Assembly: GCA_041653615.1 (NCBI GenBank)
Contig: JBAZEZ010000001.1
Location: 14,041 to 78,040 of the forward strand
Length of the DNA: 64,000 nt
Direction: 5' to 3'
DNA from: Candidatus Ratteibacteria bacterium
Lineage (GTDB): Bacteria; Ratteibacteria; UBA8468; MWAK01
Shown here: positions 16,211-25,628 of the stretch, piece by piece
How positions within the stretch are numbered: the first letter of the stretch is position 1
Layout of the letters: each line of letters begins with the position of its first letter
Made by a program: the position numbers and the translations under genes
The notes under the pieces: generated by a model
What the model saw: only the letters and a program-made list of their open reading frames with translations
What the model was told of the DNA's origin: nothing
Databases searched by the model: none

Positions 16211-17590
16211 TTATAAAGATGCCAGCAACTTCAGCGCCGCTTCCGTAATCAAATCCCCTGCCTCCGGCGCCAACCTGCTGCTCCGCGCCAGGCGCTCCTC
16301 GTAACCGGTGCCCTCGGAAAAAGCCTGTCTAGTCGGTATATATCCGGCGTAACTGTTGGTCAATTCAACCACAAAAACCGGCTTTAATCTTGCTTCGGCT
16401 TTTATCCGCAAGCCGAACTCGATAAATGGTTCTCCCGGCAGAAACGCAAACCCGGCATCGTTTATGCGCGCCGCGCCCACCGGTACCTTTTCTTTCTTCT
16501 TTCCTTCGTCAACAACCAGGAGCATTTCTTTCAGCCAGACGGCTTCATCGCCGAAAAAATTGCTGCGGCGGTTCAACTCCGCTTTGTCTTCTTCGGATAA
16601 CTTCGCTAGACTTGCTTCTACCACGCGCCGGGCAAACTTTAATTCCTTTTCACCGGGCTGACGTATTGGAATCTCCAGCGTACCGGCGGCCGCCTTAACC
16701 GTTTTGAACGGCTGGCACTCTATCTTTTCGGAAATCCTTAACGCTTCCGCCGCCAGGATGTTACCCATCCATTCGGTCTGCGCAAAATAACCCATCTTGG
16801 CTTTTCCGGTCAAAAAATCCAGGTGGTTTATGTTACCGGCGGTCCCGTTAAAAAAACCGACCATGACATCTTCGCCTTTCTTTTCCCGTATCAATCGGCG
16901 GATAACCCCGGGGTAATCGGCGGAAATAAGGTTGCCACCGACGGTGTCCAGATGGCAGGTGAAATTGACCAGGATTGCTCTCAATTTCCCGGTTTCACCT
17001 TCTATCTTCATAACCGCCACTTCCGGGTCAATCGGACCAGCCGGTTTCACGATGTCCGGATTGCCTTTCCCGATTATCTTCTCCCAGGCGTCGCCGGCGC
17101 CGGGGTTGGTGCGCACCGTCCCATCCTTCATCAGGTAACGGCGGTTAAATGAAATGCCGGACTCTGCGCCGCAGCCGAAACCAATCCGGCCCGGCGCCAA
17201 CCCGGCAATCGCCTGACGGACCGAATCGGCAAACTTACCGGGCAGTTCCTGCAGATACTCCAGACCCTGCGAAATACCCAAAAGGTCCAACGTTGCCGGA
17301 CCGGTGTGGGTGTGGGTAGTATGAATAAAAACATTCTCCGGAAGTATGGTAAATTCCCGGTTTATCAGTTCCTTCACTTCGCTAATCGTCTCCGCCGAAA
17401 AGGCGATAAGGTCGCAGGTAATAAAGATAACCCGGGTCTCTTCTGTTTCAAAAAGGAAGGTTTGGGCAACAAGATTGTCGTGAACGCCGGTACTCTTCCG
17501 GTCTTCAAAATAGCCAGCCAGGGAACTGCCGACCGGCGGCGTTATATCAACTTCAGCCATACCAATTTTAGGATTAATTTTAACCTCCAA
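16211..17590 (-). CDS. neutral/alkaline ceramidase-like hydrolase (amidase of unknown substrate)
   Basis: N-terminal domain VHDNLVAQTFLFE..TRVIFITCDLIAFSAETISEVKELINREFTILPENVFIHTTHTHTGPA parallels the neutral ceramidase N-terminal domain (HxR..WARAF...ATHTHSGP). Confidence 0.5.
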   Translation of the reverse strand: MEVKINPKIGMAEVDITPPVGSSLAGYFEDRKSTGVHDNLVAQTFLFETEETRVIFITCDLIAFSAETISEVKELINREFTILPENVFIHTTHTHTGPATLDLLGISQGLEYLQELPGKFADSVRQAIAGLAPGRIGFGCGAESGISFNRRYLMKDGTVRTNPGAGDAWEKIIGKGNPDIVKPAGPIDPEVAVMKIEGETGKLRAILVNFTCHLDTVGGNLISADYPGVIRRLIREKKGEDVMVGFFNGTAGNINHLDFLTGKAKMGYFAQTEWMGNILAAEALRISEKIECQPFKTVKAAAGTLEIPIRQPGEKELKFARRVVEASLAKLSEEDKAELNRRSNFFGDEAVWLKEMLLVVDEGKKKEKVPVGAARINDAGFAFLPGEPFIEFGLRIKAEARLKPVFVVELTNSYAGYIPTRQAFSEGTGYEERLARSSRLAPEAGDLITEAALKLLASL

Positions 17591-17790
17591 CTATAAATTT
17601 GCCGGAATGTTTTCCCTCTTATTCTATTCTTTTCTTCCCGAATCCGTCAAAAATTTAACGCTAAAAACCTCAAAGATTGCCCGGCGGCTATTCTTCGAAT
17701 GACGCTGAAAAATTTCTGCCTTAAAACCATTGCGGCGTAACGTTCTCTTCGAAGAACCGGCCGTACAAAATCTCGGAAAAAATCGGCTCT

Positions 17791-18528
17791 TCATTGCAAA
17801 CCCTTTATAGGGATAACCTTAAACCATGAAGCAATCCGGTACCTGAAAATCAAAAAAATCATCCGCACCGCCAGCAGCACCGTCTTTCCTTTATGCCCGG
17901 TTACGGAAGAACGACCTACTCGGGGAAGATAATTGACAGGTACTTCAATATACCTTAAGCCGTTAAGAACTACCAAAATCATCATCTCCGGGCCAAAATA
18001 CTCTCCGTTCACCCTGAACTGGTCTTCGATCTTCCCCAGCGCTTCCTTCTTAATCAACCTCATTGTACAGCCGACGTCGGTGAAAGTCGTGGTGTTAAAA
18101 AGGAATTCCAACAGTTTGGCAACCGCCCAATTACCCCACTTCAGCAGGGAGCCCATGTTGGCACCTTCCCAAATAAGAACCTGGGTGGTCCGGGTGCCGA
18201 ACACAACCTCGAAATCGTCCGCGTAGGCGAGCAATTTAAAGACGTCCCGGGCCAGAAAAGTTCCGTCCGGTTCACAGATTATAATCAAATCCCCGGAAGA
18301 CTCTTTCAAGCCCCGCCGGATCGCGGCCCCATAGCCCTGCCGGAACTCAAAAATCTCACGCGCCGCGGTCTTTCCGATTTCCGCGCTGGTACCGGCCGCC
18401 GCGTTGTTGTTGACGGCAACCACCTCATCAACCACGCCGGTCTGAAAAAAATCATCAATAACGCGACGGATGGAATCTTTCTCGTTATAAGTGGGTAGAA
18501 GCACCGAAACTCTTTTAGTCTGCCACAT
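17791..18528 (-). CDS. GT2 glycosyltransferase, soluble DPM1/Ppm1-like polyprenyl-phosphate sugar synthase
   Basis: VSVLLPTYNEKDSI...DGT... gives the GT-A fold with DxD motif. No C-terminal transmembrane helices. Confidence 0.75.
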   Translation of the reverse strand: MWQTKRVSVLLPTYNEKDSIRRVIDDFFQTGVVDEVVAVNNNAAAGTSAEIGKTAAREIFEFRQGYGAAIRRGLKESSGDLIIICEPDGTFLARDVFKLLAYADDFEVVFGTRTTQVLIWEGANMGSLLKWGNWAVAKLLEFLFNTTTFTDVGCTMRLIKKEALGKIEDQFRVNGEYFGPEMMILVVLNGLRYIEVPVNYLPRVGRSSVTGHKGKTVLLAVRMIFLIFRYRIASWFKVIPIKGLQ

Positions 18529-18574
18529 TGTTTAATCGGTCCAAATTACAATTAACGATGCGCCTTATCTGTTA

Positions 18575-19507
18575 TTAACTGGGTGTTTTTCGAAAAATAC
18601 TTTTTACGATATATTTCGGCCTCTGCTTGACCTCTTCAAATATCTTCCCGATATATTGTCCGAGCACGCTTATTCCCAATAATTGAATTGAACCTAAAAA
18701 TAGTACCAAAACTATGACCGTGGTTAAACCTTGCGGTGTATTCGGCAAGATAAATTTTAATACTATTTGTACAACTATTCCCAGAAAAGCAATGCAAAAC
18801 GTTAAGAGAGAAAGTAAAGTAATCAATTCAAGGGGGACGTATGAAAAAGAGAGCACACCTTTCGTTGCCCATTGGAAAAGTTTCAGAAAATTATTAGTGG
18901 TCTCACCAAACATTCTCCTGGACCTTGCATAAGGGACGCCTGTTTGCCTAAAACCCACCCAGGCGCGCAAACCGCGCAGGAATCTATCTCTTTCCGAAAA
19001 TTGTTTTAAATGGTCAACTACCTTTCTGTTCATCAAAGAAAAATCACCGGCGTCTAAAGGAATTACGACATAAGACATTTTACGGAATATCCGGTAAAAT
19101 AGCCTATAAGCAATTTGCATCGAGAAAGACGCCTCTCTTTTTACGCGCACTCCGTAAACAACGTCAAAACCCTCGTTCCATTTCTCGTAGAACTTTTCGA
19201 TTATTTCCGGCGGGTCCTGGAGGTCTCCGTCGAGTAAAACCACCGCGTCCCCCGTAGCAATGTCCATACCGCTGGTAAAAGCCATTTGAGAACTAAAATT
19301 ACGGGAATGATTTACGGCAACGACGTGCCCGTCCTGATCAACCAAGTCAGCCAGGATCTTCTCTGTATTGTCCGGGCTTCCATCATTCACAAATATTATT
19401 TCGTAATCAACCCCGATTTTTTTGAACGTTTCAACAAGTCTTCGATGCATATGCGGAATGGCTTGCTCATCTTTATAACAGGCGATAACCGCTGATATCT
19501 TTTTCAT
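18575..19507 (-). CDS. GT2 polyprenyl-phosphate glycosyltransferase with C-terminal transmembrane helices (GtrB/CsbB/ArnC type)
   Basis: ISAVIACYKDEQAI..IIFVNDGSPDNT..LDGDLQDPPE is the GT-A domain. Two C-terminal transmembrane helices (LITLLSLLTFCIAFLGIVVQIVL.. and VIVLVLFLGSIQLLGISVLGQYIG). Confidence 0.8.
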   Translation of the reverse strand: MKKISAVIACYKDEQAIPHMHRRLVETFKKIGVDYEIIFVNDGSPDNTEKILADLVDQDGHVVAVNHSRNFSSQMAFTSGMDIATGDAVVLLDGDLQDPPEIIEKFYEKWNEGFDVVYGVRVKREASFSMQIAYRLFYRIFRKMSYVVIPLDAGDFSLMNRKVVDHLKQFSERDRFLRGLRAWVGFRQTGVPYARSRRMFGETTNNFLKLFQWATKGVLSFSYVPLELITLLSLLTFCIAFLGIVVQIVLKFILPNTPQGLTTVIVLVLFLGSIQLLGISVLGQYIGKIFEEVKQRPKYIVKSIFRKTPS

Positions 19508-19524
19508 GTGCCGCCTCTCTAAAC

Positions 19525-20028
19525 CTACTTTTTTAAGTTTATATAGTAAGGAACGTCATTATTAACCATCTCTTCGACCAGAGCGGGTATGTCTTCATTT
19601 GTCTCGGGCCACCTTGAACGTATATTCGCGAATATTTTCATTACTTCTTTGTCCTCTTCGGCCCAATGCGAGAAACCATCGTTAACATAATCTTTATCTC
19701 TCCCGGAGCCGACCAATTTGACCGGTATTTTTTCACGGTGTATATAGTTGCGTATGGTTTCGAAAGGCCGGTAAAGTAAGAAAGTTGTTATGGAATAAAC
19801 AAAGGGAACTTTGCCTTCTAACGCCAAACCTACACCCAAACCAACCATAACCTGTTCGGCGGCGCCCACATTGATAAATCTATCCGGAAAATCCGTCTTT
19901 ATTTGGTCCCACATCTTATAACCCAAGTCGCCTGTAACAACCCATATCCTGGCATCTTCACACATCTTTACGTATAATGCGTCGGCGAAACATCGACGCA
20001 TTATTATGCCTGGCATTTGCCGGTTCAT
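19525..20028 (-). CDS. transketolase C-terminal-section protein (pyrimidine-binding domain only, short)
   Basis: 167 aa carrying the Pyr domain (VGAAEQVMVGLGVGLALEGKVPF). Overlaps the N-terminal-section gene by 4 nt. Confidence 0.7.
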   Translation of the reverse strand: MNRQMPGIIMRRCFADALYVKMCEDARIWVVTGDLGYKMWDQIKTDFPDRFINVGAAEQVMVGLGVGLALEGKVPFVYSITTFLLYRPFETIRNYIHREKIPVKLVGSGRDKDYVNDGFSHWAEEDKEVMKIFANIRSRWPETNEDIPALVEEMVNNDVPYYINLKK

Positions 20029-20738
20029 TTTAAAATATCCTTTGCCGACTCATAATCTTTCTTATTCATAACATAATAATGAGCATCCAGGCCTTTTAAA
20101 AACGCAAACTGCTCCACAGTCGTCCTGGCAAAAACCAGTAATGGCCGCCCGCCTGACCGTGACGCCAACAGCCGTGATAATTTGTTTATGTTATGGCCGC
20201 TTGCAACCTTCGCTTTATAACCGAATCCGTTAACTCTTCTTAAAACCAACGACAAAGAAATGGGAGCGTAAGCTCCCCAACCGTTAGCATTGATAACTAT
20301 TTTCAGATTACTCAGCTTTTGTTCAAATCCAACCCTGAGCGCTTCCCAGATACTCCCTTCGGTGCACTCACCGTCCGATACAAGACAATAAACGTTCTTC
20401 CTCCTGTCTGCTAATGCCATACCCAGGGCGACAGGCAAACCCTGCCCCAAACTTCCCGTTGACACATCAATACCTATCTTCGAATCCCGGTCGGGATGAA
20501 TGTGAAGATTATCGATAATCGGGTAAGGCACTAAACCGCATTTTTCCAAAACAACATAAAGCGCTGTACCCGCATGACCATTCGATAGAACGAATCGTTC
20601 GTCATCTTTTTTGGTTTTGTAAATAGCATAGATTATATCGACAGCGCTTAAGCAGGAACCGAGGTGCGCGCGATTTTTCGCATAACTCAGCTCAAGAATG
20701 CGGCGGCGCAGAGATTTTTGTTCCGCGGAAAATTTCAT
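20025..20738 (-). CDS. transketolase N-terminal-section protein (ThDP PP domain)
   Basis: LGSCLSAVDIIYAIY...LSNGHAGTALYVVL...GSLGQGLPVALGMA matches transketolase PP-domain motifs. Confidence 0.75.
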   Translation of the reverse strand: MKFSAEQKSLRRRILELSYAKNRAHLGSCLSAVDIIYAIYKTKKDDERFVLSNGHAGTALYVVLEKCGLVPYPIIDNLHIHPDRDSKIGIDVSTGSLGQGLPVALGMALADRRKNVYCLVSDGECTEGSIWEALRVGFEQKLSNLKIVINANGWGAYAPISLSLVLRRVNGFGYKAKVASGHNINKLSRLLASRSGGRPLLVFARTTVEQFAFLKGLDAHYYVMNKKDYESAKDILK

Positions 20739-20753
20739 GATTTTTTTAGGTAA

Positions 20754-21659
20754 CTATTTTGTTGCTATTAAACATAAGTTGCCGATTTTTATTCTTATTT
20801 TTTGCTTCAATATTGAACAAAAAATCCCGGCCTTTAAACTTAACAACTTTAATTTTATCCACCCGGGTATCGGAAGCAGCCAAATTATGTGTTTCAAGGA
20901 AATTACATTAGCCGGTGAATATATCCTGGTTATCAAAAAATTATTTTTTTCAGAAATCTTCTTAATCGTTTGTTTGCAAAAAAAATAAGAATGTTCAATA
21001 TCAATCACCGGACTTCTTTCCTTCAACAGCCTCGCCGACAAACTTTCCACGTCATGATTGAAAGCCAACATAAACCCTCCGGGAGACAATAAAGCGTAAC
21101 ATATTTTCAAAAAATTGTCCGGGTCCGGTACGTGGTCGAGCAACTGAAAAAAATAAATCAAGTTGAACGTACCCGATTTGAAAGTATCAGTTCGCAGGAT
21201 GCCCGTCGTAATCTTGTTTCGGATATCTTTATCGCTTTTTTCCACCGCATCAACGCTGGGTTCAATACCAAAAACATTTTTATACCCCAGATTATACAGG
21301 GTTTTTAAAAGAAAGCCGTTTCCGCAACCCACCTCCAATATCTTCGCGTCCTTTGGCAGACCCCGTAAAAGTGGCATGAGAGCAGCCAAGTATGAAATAG
21401 TCAAATTTTCAGTCTCATTTCCATAAGTAAAACTACTATTTTTATAAAGCGCATAAACAGCCGAATCTTCCAGAACGGGACTGGACCTCATTAAGCCGTC
21501 TTTATTACACTTGACAATCCGATAATGAACACTATCCGGCATTCTCCGGGCGGAAAAAACATCCGCGTTAAAATCGGATTCGCGGAAATTCTGTTCGTAG
21601 ATAACCGTATAATTCTGGAGAGAACCGCAAATCGCGCATCCGGTATTTGTCAATTTCAT
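20754..21659 (-). CDS. class I SAM-dependent methyltransferase with an N-terminal Cys-rich segment
   Basis: LEVGCGNGFLLKTLYNLGYKNVFGIEPS is motif I. N-terminal CAICGS... CxxC. ATG at 21659 is preferred over the TTG at 21677. Confidence 0.7.
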   Translation of the reverse strand: MKLTNTGCAICGSLQNYTVIYEQNFRESDFNADVFSARRMPDSVHYRIVKCNKDGLMRSSPVLEDSAVYALYKNSSFTYGNETENLTISYLAALMPLLRGLPKDAKILEVGCGNGFLLKTLYNLGYKNVFGIEPSVDAVEKSDKDIRNKITTGILRTDTFKSGTFNLIYFFQLLDHVPDPDNFLKICYALLSPGGFMLAFNHDVESLSARLLKERSPVIDIEHSYFFCKQTIKKISEKNNFLITRIYSPANVISLKHIIWLLPIPGWIKLKLLSLKAGIFCSILKQKIRIKIGNLCLIATK

Positions 21660-21669
21660 AAAATAAAAC

Positions 21670-22629
21670 CTAAGCAACCTTTTGGCTATTATAAAGGGAA
21701 CGGTTGGTCTTAAACCATTTCCAGGTCAAAGACAGCCCTTTTTTCAAATCTATCTCCGGCGACCAACCTAACAACCGCCTTGCCTTGGAAATATCCGCAA
21801 CCCATTTGGTGGTATCCCATGCCCTTAATTTCATCTCTCCCCATTTAAAATCGGCGGTTTTCCCCGTTACCGTTGCCGCCACCTCAATGGCGTTATTAAT
21901 GGAAGACTGTACGCCCGTTCCGATATTAAAAACTTCTCCGGCAAAGTTTTTTAACCGGTCTATCCGTAAATAGGCGTTGACAACATCATCGACGTAAATA
22001 TAATCACGTGAGATTTCCGGAGAAACCAAACGCATTTTTTCGTTATAATACAGGGCTTTCATTAAAGTTGGAATAAATCTGGTCGGTTCTTCGTAAGGTC
22101 CGTATACCGAAAACGGTCGGATTGTCACTATCGGTCTTTTCTCTTCCCTTGCGATATGAAAACACAGCAGTGTCTGCGAGCATTTTGTAACCGCATAATA
22201 ACTGGCCGGTTCAAGCAAATCAGTCTCTTCCATGGGAACTTCCTTAAACCCATATTCGGAAGAACTGCCGGTATTTATAAAAAGTTCATATTTAATATTA
22301 GAAACGGCTCTGAGTAAATTCCAGGTTCCCAATATGTTCGTGCGGATGATTTTATCGGGCTCGTTCTGGAAAGGATACGCGCCATAAGTAGCAAGATGAT
22401 ATATAATGTCCGGCTTGATTTTGGCGACAATTCCTTCCAATGCTTGAAGGTCGGACAAATCGGAAATATGGCAAGTGACTTTATTGAGAATATCTTTAAT
22501 ACGCCATGCCTTTGCCTCTTCTCTCAAGATGATGTGAACTTTTTTGTTGCTATCAAGCAACCTTCGCAAAAGACAGGAACCGATAAATCCTGTTGCACCG
22601 GTAATCAGATATACTCTCTTATTGGACAT
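21670..22629 (-). CDS. NAD-dependent epimerase/dehydratase (short-chain extended SDR)
   Basis: VYLITGATGFIGSCLLRRLL plus the YxxxK region (YAVTK). Confidence 0.85.
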   Translation of the reverse strand: MSNKRVYLITGATGFIGSCLLRRLLDSNKKVHIILREEAKAWRIKDILNKVTCHISDLSDLQALEGIVAKIKPDIIYHLATYGAYPFQNEPDKIIRTNILGTWNLLRAVSNIKYELFINTGSSSEYGFKEVPMEETDLLEPASYYAVTKCSQTLLCFHIAREEKRPIVTIRPFSVYGPYEEPTRFIPTLMKALYYNEKMRLVSPEISRDYIYVDDVVNAYLRIDRLKNFAGEVFNIGTGVQSSINNAIEVAATVTGKTADFKWGEMKLRAWDTTKWVADISKARRLLGWSPEIDLKKGLSLTWKWFKTNRSLYNSQKVA

Positions 22630-22663
22630 ATCACCCCTAATTACACATTAATACGGTTAACCG

Positions 22664-24412
22664 TCAGTTTTTCCGTTTAAAGACAAGGATATAGGGATTA
22701 GGTTGCCACCAGTCTTTGGGGAAAAAACCCGTTCGGTTAAATTTAAGGCCCAAAATTTGCGCCGGCTTTTCAAACTTTTTCAGCAAAATATAATCAGCTG
22801 TAAAATTATCGAGGGTCTCTTCTTTCGCACCCAGCAAATCATACTCGCTCAAAATCAGATACGCCGGTTTCTTTTTTTTCAGTAAATCTCGATCCAAACC
22901 GACCGGGATTAGTTTATACCTATAAAAAGCAAAAGGCGGCGTACGGTAAGGAGCGGGCATCTGAACCAACCCGACACTATCCCCCTCCGGTAAACTGGCA
23001 TTGATCCAACCCCCGGCTTCATCCCGGATATTTTTCTGCCGGAAAATCTTGTCGTAAGACAACGAGTAAAGGAAAGTATAACTCAAAACTAACACCAAAA
23101 GAAAACCGCCAAGAGTTTTAAATTTTGGTTTGCCCATCAAATAATCAAAAAAAATACCGCTCAACAACGCGAAGAAGGGAACCAAAAATATGCTCCTTCG
23201 CGCATACCAGGGAGAGAACAAACTGAAAAAAATAACGCAGATTATGAAAGAGAGGCCCAGCAATAAATTCCCTCTTTTTCTGTTTCCGGCAAACGCAACG
23301 AGCAACCCGCTTAAACTTGACATCAAAAATAGCCAGCCCAGGGCGGTTTTCAGAGAACCGAACAGGTAAATTCTAAGCGATGGGGAAAAAACAAAATCCT
23401 GACGGCCAAACTGCATCTCTTTTATAAATTCACCCCAAGAAACAAAAAGGTAAGGATTGGTAATAAAAAAGACTCCGACCGCCAGCAAACCGGCGCCTAA
23501 AATTCGGATAAAGACAGCTCTCTTGATACCGGGTGTTCCTTTGTTTGACATTTGATAAAGCAAGCCGGCAAGAACAAACAAAATTCCGCTCATCCCGTAA
23601 AATGAAATTGCCCCCGCGGCCACTCCGGTTGTTACGCCTGCGGACAGATAATATTTCCAATCATTTTTCGTTATTAATTTAAGAGATGCAAAGAAAGTTG
23701 CGATTACAAAAAAAAGGGCGAATGTGTACGGCGAAAAATAGTGATTGCGTATGACTATCAGCGGCGCGAAACCATAAAAACTGGCCGCGATTAGTCCGAT
23801 TCTTTCGTTAAAATATCTCTTTCCCAGGAGAAAAAGCAGATAAATCCCAAAAAGAGTGGCCGTGACGCCGACTAATCTACCGATGACGTAAAATACGCCT
23901 AACCGGTCGGGATTGAGGAAATAATAGGCGGCGGATTTTCCGGCTTGCGCAAAATGAAAAAGGTGTGATAAAGCAAACACAAAACCTACCGTATACGTAT
24001 AGGAACCGCCGTAACTAAACTGATGAGGGTTGAAATCTTTTTCTTTCAAATTCATCCCGGAAAGCGCGACCAGGACCATATGTTCGTCGGGATAATAAGT
24101 CCGCAAAAGGAAAGTCCTCATTGCGTTCAAAACCCCTTTGCTTAAAACCAAATCATTTCCGTCGGTTTTAACGGCAATCAATTGTTTGTCGTCATAATCA
24201 GGTGCATATCCCGTACCGTAGGAAGTGGCCATTTCCCTAACTTCTTCCCTGGTTTTAATCATTTCCGGTATTAAAAATCCAAGAGTTTTTTTGTCTTTAA
24301 AAACAAGGTTGATTTTGGCCTTATCCGGAACTCCCCAATTTATGCCCAGCAAATTTAAGACTAAACTTGCCATCAAAATTATCGCCAGAAAAAGAATATT
24401 TTTATCCCGCAT
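22664..24412 (-). CDS. GT-C fold membrane glycosyltransferase (ArnT/PMT-like, polyprenyl-phosphate-sugar dependent), paralogue A
   Basis: 582 aa with about 11 predicted transmembrane helices and a C-terminal soluble domain. The N-terminal GINWGVPDK motif is shared with the 25625..27424 paralogue. Overlaps the next GT-C gene by 11 nt. Confidence 0.6.
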   Translation of the reverse strand: MRDKNILFLAIILMASLVLNLLGINWGVPDKAKINLVFKDKKTLGFLIPEMIKTREEVREMATSYGTGYAPDYDDKQLIAVKTDGNDLVLSKGVLNAMRTFLLRTYYPDEHMVLVALSGMNLKEKDFNPHQFSYGGSYTYTVGFVFALSHLFHFAQAGKSAAYYFLNPDRLGVFYVIGRLVGVTATLFGIYLLFLLGKRYFNERIGLIAASFYGFAPLIVIRNHYFSPYTFALFFVIATFFASLKLITKNDWKYYLSAGVTTGVAAGAISFYGMSGILFVLAGLLYQMSNKGTPGIKRAVFIRILGAGLLAVGVFFITNPYLFVSWGEFIKEMQFGRQDFVFSPSLRIYLFGSLKTALGWLFLMSSLSGLLVAFAGNRKRGNLLLGLSFIICVIFFSLFSPWYARRSIFLVPFFALLSGIFFDYLMGKPKFKTLGGFLLVLVLSYTFLYSLSYDKIFRQKNIRDEAGGWINASLPEGDSVGLVQMPAPYRTPPFAFYRYKLIPVGLDRDLLKKKKPAYLILSEYDLLGAKEETLDNFTADYILLKKFEKPAQILGLKFNRTGFFPKDWWQPNPYILVFKRKN

Positions 24413-25628
24413 TATTATCTTTCGGAACCACGAAGAAACGGCAAACAGCGTATCCGGCCAGCAGAATTACGTAAGGCATGATTGCCTCGCGGTAACGCAG
24501 CACCGTTTTAAAAAATAGTATTACCGGTAACGACCAGACAACGATAATCAGGTAAAACAGCAAAAAATCCCGCCATCTCCGAAAGGAAAAACACAGTCCG
24601 ACAAAAAACGCCGCAAAAATCGGAGTCATGGTCAACAATGCAATTATCACGTGCCGCTTCGTGTATGCTTCGCCGGGTCCGGAAAAGGTGTGGGGATACA
24701 ATCTCCAAAATCTTGTAAAACGGTCCGCGCACAGGCGTAAATATTCCTTGGGGTTATCCCGAATGAAACGAAACGCCTCCCGATACCAATAATGGTCAAT
24801 TTGAACCTCAGACATACCGGCAAGATGTTCTGTGATATCGATTCCGGGGTTCCAGTAACCGGACGGTTCAGAAAGGGAATGAGGATTATTCGCGATATAG
24901 CAAACAATGCCCCCTTCGGTTGACGTCAGGATAAAACTGTGGCACACGCGGTAGTTTCTAACCGTCCAGGGAACCATTACCAGCAAACAACCCAAAAAGA
25001 CGATAAGCGTTGCCGGTACGGCAACCTTGCGGTTTCGGATACGCAACCACAGAAAAACCGTCGGCAAAATAACCAGGAAAAGGGACCGGGATAAAACGCC
25101 GGCACCCAAAAAAATGCCGGCCAAAAAGAAAAGGTGCCTCTTCCCTGTTTTTTCGGCAAACACCAAAAAAAGAACAGTCGTCAGCAATAATATTGTAAAA
25201 ATATTATCGGGTGCAAGGTAACCGGTGAAAAAAATCGCGGTTGGGTAAAAGGCGTAAATTAAACCGGCGGCAACCCCTTCTCTTTTTCCGATCAGCGTTC
25301 GGCCCAAAAGATACAGCAAAACCGCCGCGCCGGAATTCAGAATTGCCAAAACAATCTTGGCTGCCAGAAAACTATGCCCGAAAATCCGGTAAACCAGAGA
25401 CAAAAGAAACGGGAAACCGGGAGACCTCCAGGCATAGAAGGGAACGCCGTGCGAAAACCAGGGATTTTGCACCCAAAACCCCTGCCCCGTCGCCAACCGC
25501 CAGCCGAGTTCATCCCACCAATCCCCCCAGACATCAACGTTGTTATTGAGCGTTGCAATCCAGATAACCCTTAACGCCAGAGCAGCAAGGAAGATTATCC
25601 AAACCTTTCTGGCCGAATAATTATTCAT
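24402..25628 (-). CDS. GT-C fold membrane glycosyltransferase (GT39/GT83, ArnT/PMT family)
   Basis: 408 aa and polytopic. ...YAWRSPGFPFLLSLVYRIFGHS... matches the PMT_2 / ArnT N-terminal region. Confidence 0.7.
   Translation of the reverse strand: MNNYSARKVWIIFLAALALRVIWIATLNNNVDVWGDWWDELGWRLATGQGFWVQNPWFSHGVPFYAWRSPGFPFLLSLVYRIFGHSFLAAKIVLAILNSGAAVLLYLLGRTLIGKREGVAAGLIYAFYPTAIFFTGYLAPDNIFTILLLTTVLFLVFAEKTGKRHLFFLAGIFLGAGVLSRSLFLVILPTVFLWLRIRNRKVAVPATLIVFLGCLLVMVPWTVRNYRVCHSFILTSTEGGIVCYIANNPHSLSEPSGYWNPGIDITEHLAGMSEVQIDHYWYREAFRFIRDNPKEYLRLCADRFTRFWRLYPHTFSGPGEAYTKRHVIIALLTMTPIFAAFFVGLCFSFRRWRDFLLFYLIIVVWSLPVILFFKTVLRYREAIMPYVILLAGYAVCRFFVVPKDNNAG

Noticed and set aside
19525-20028. Short transketolase C-terminal section as a possible pseudogene
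   Set aside because: The frame is intact, it overlaps its partner gene by 4 nt, and it retains the whole Pyr domain. Loss of the non-catalytic C-terminal domain is compatible with function, so it is kept as a CDS.
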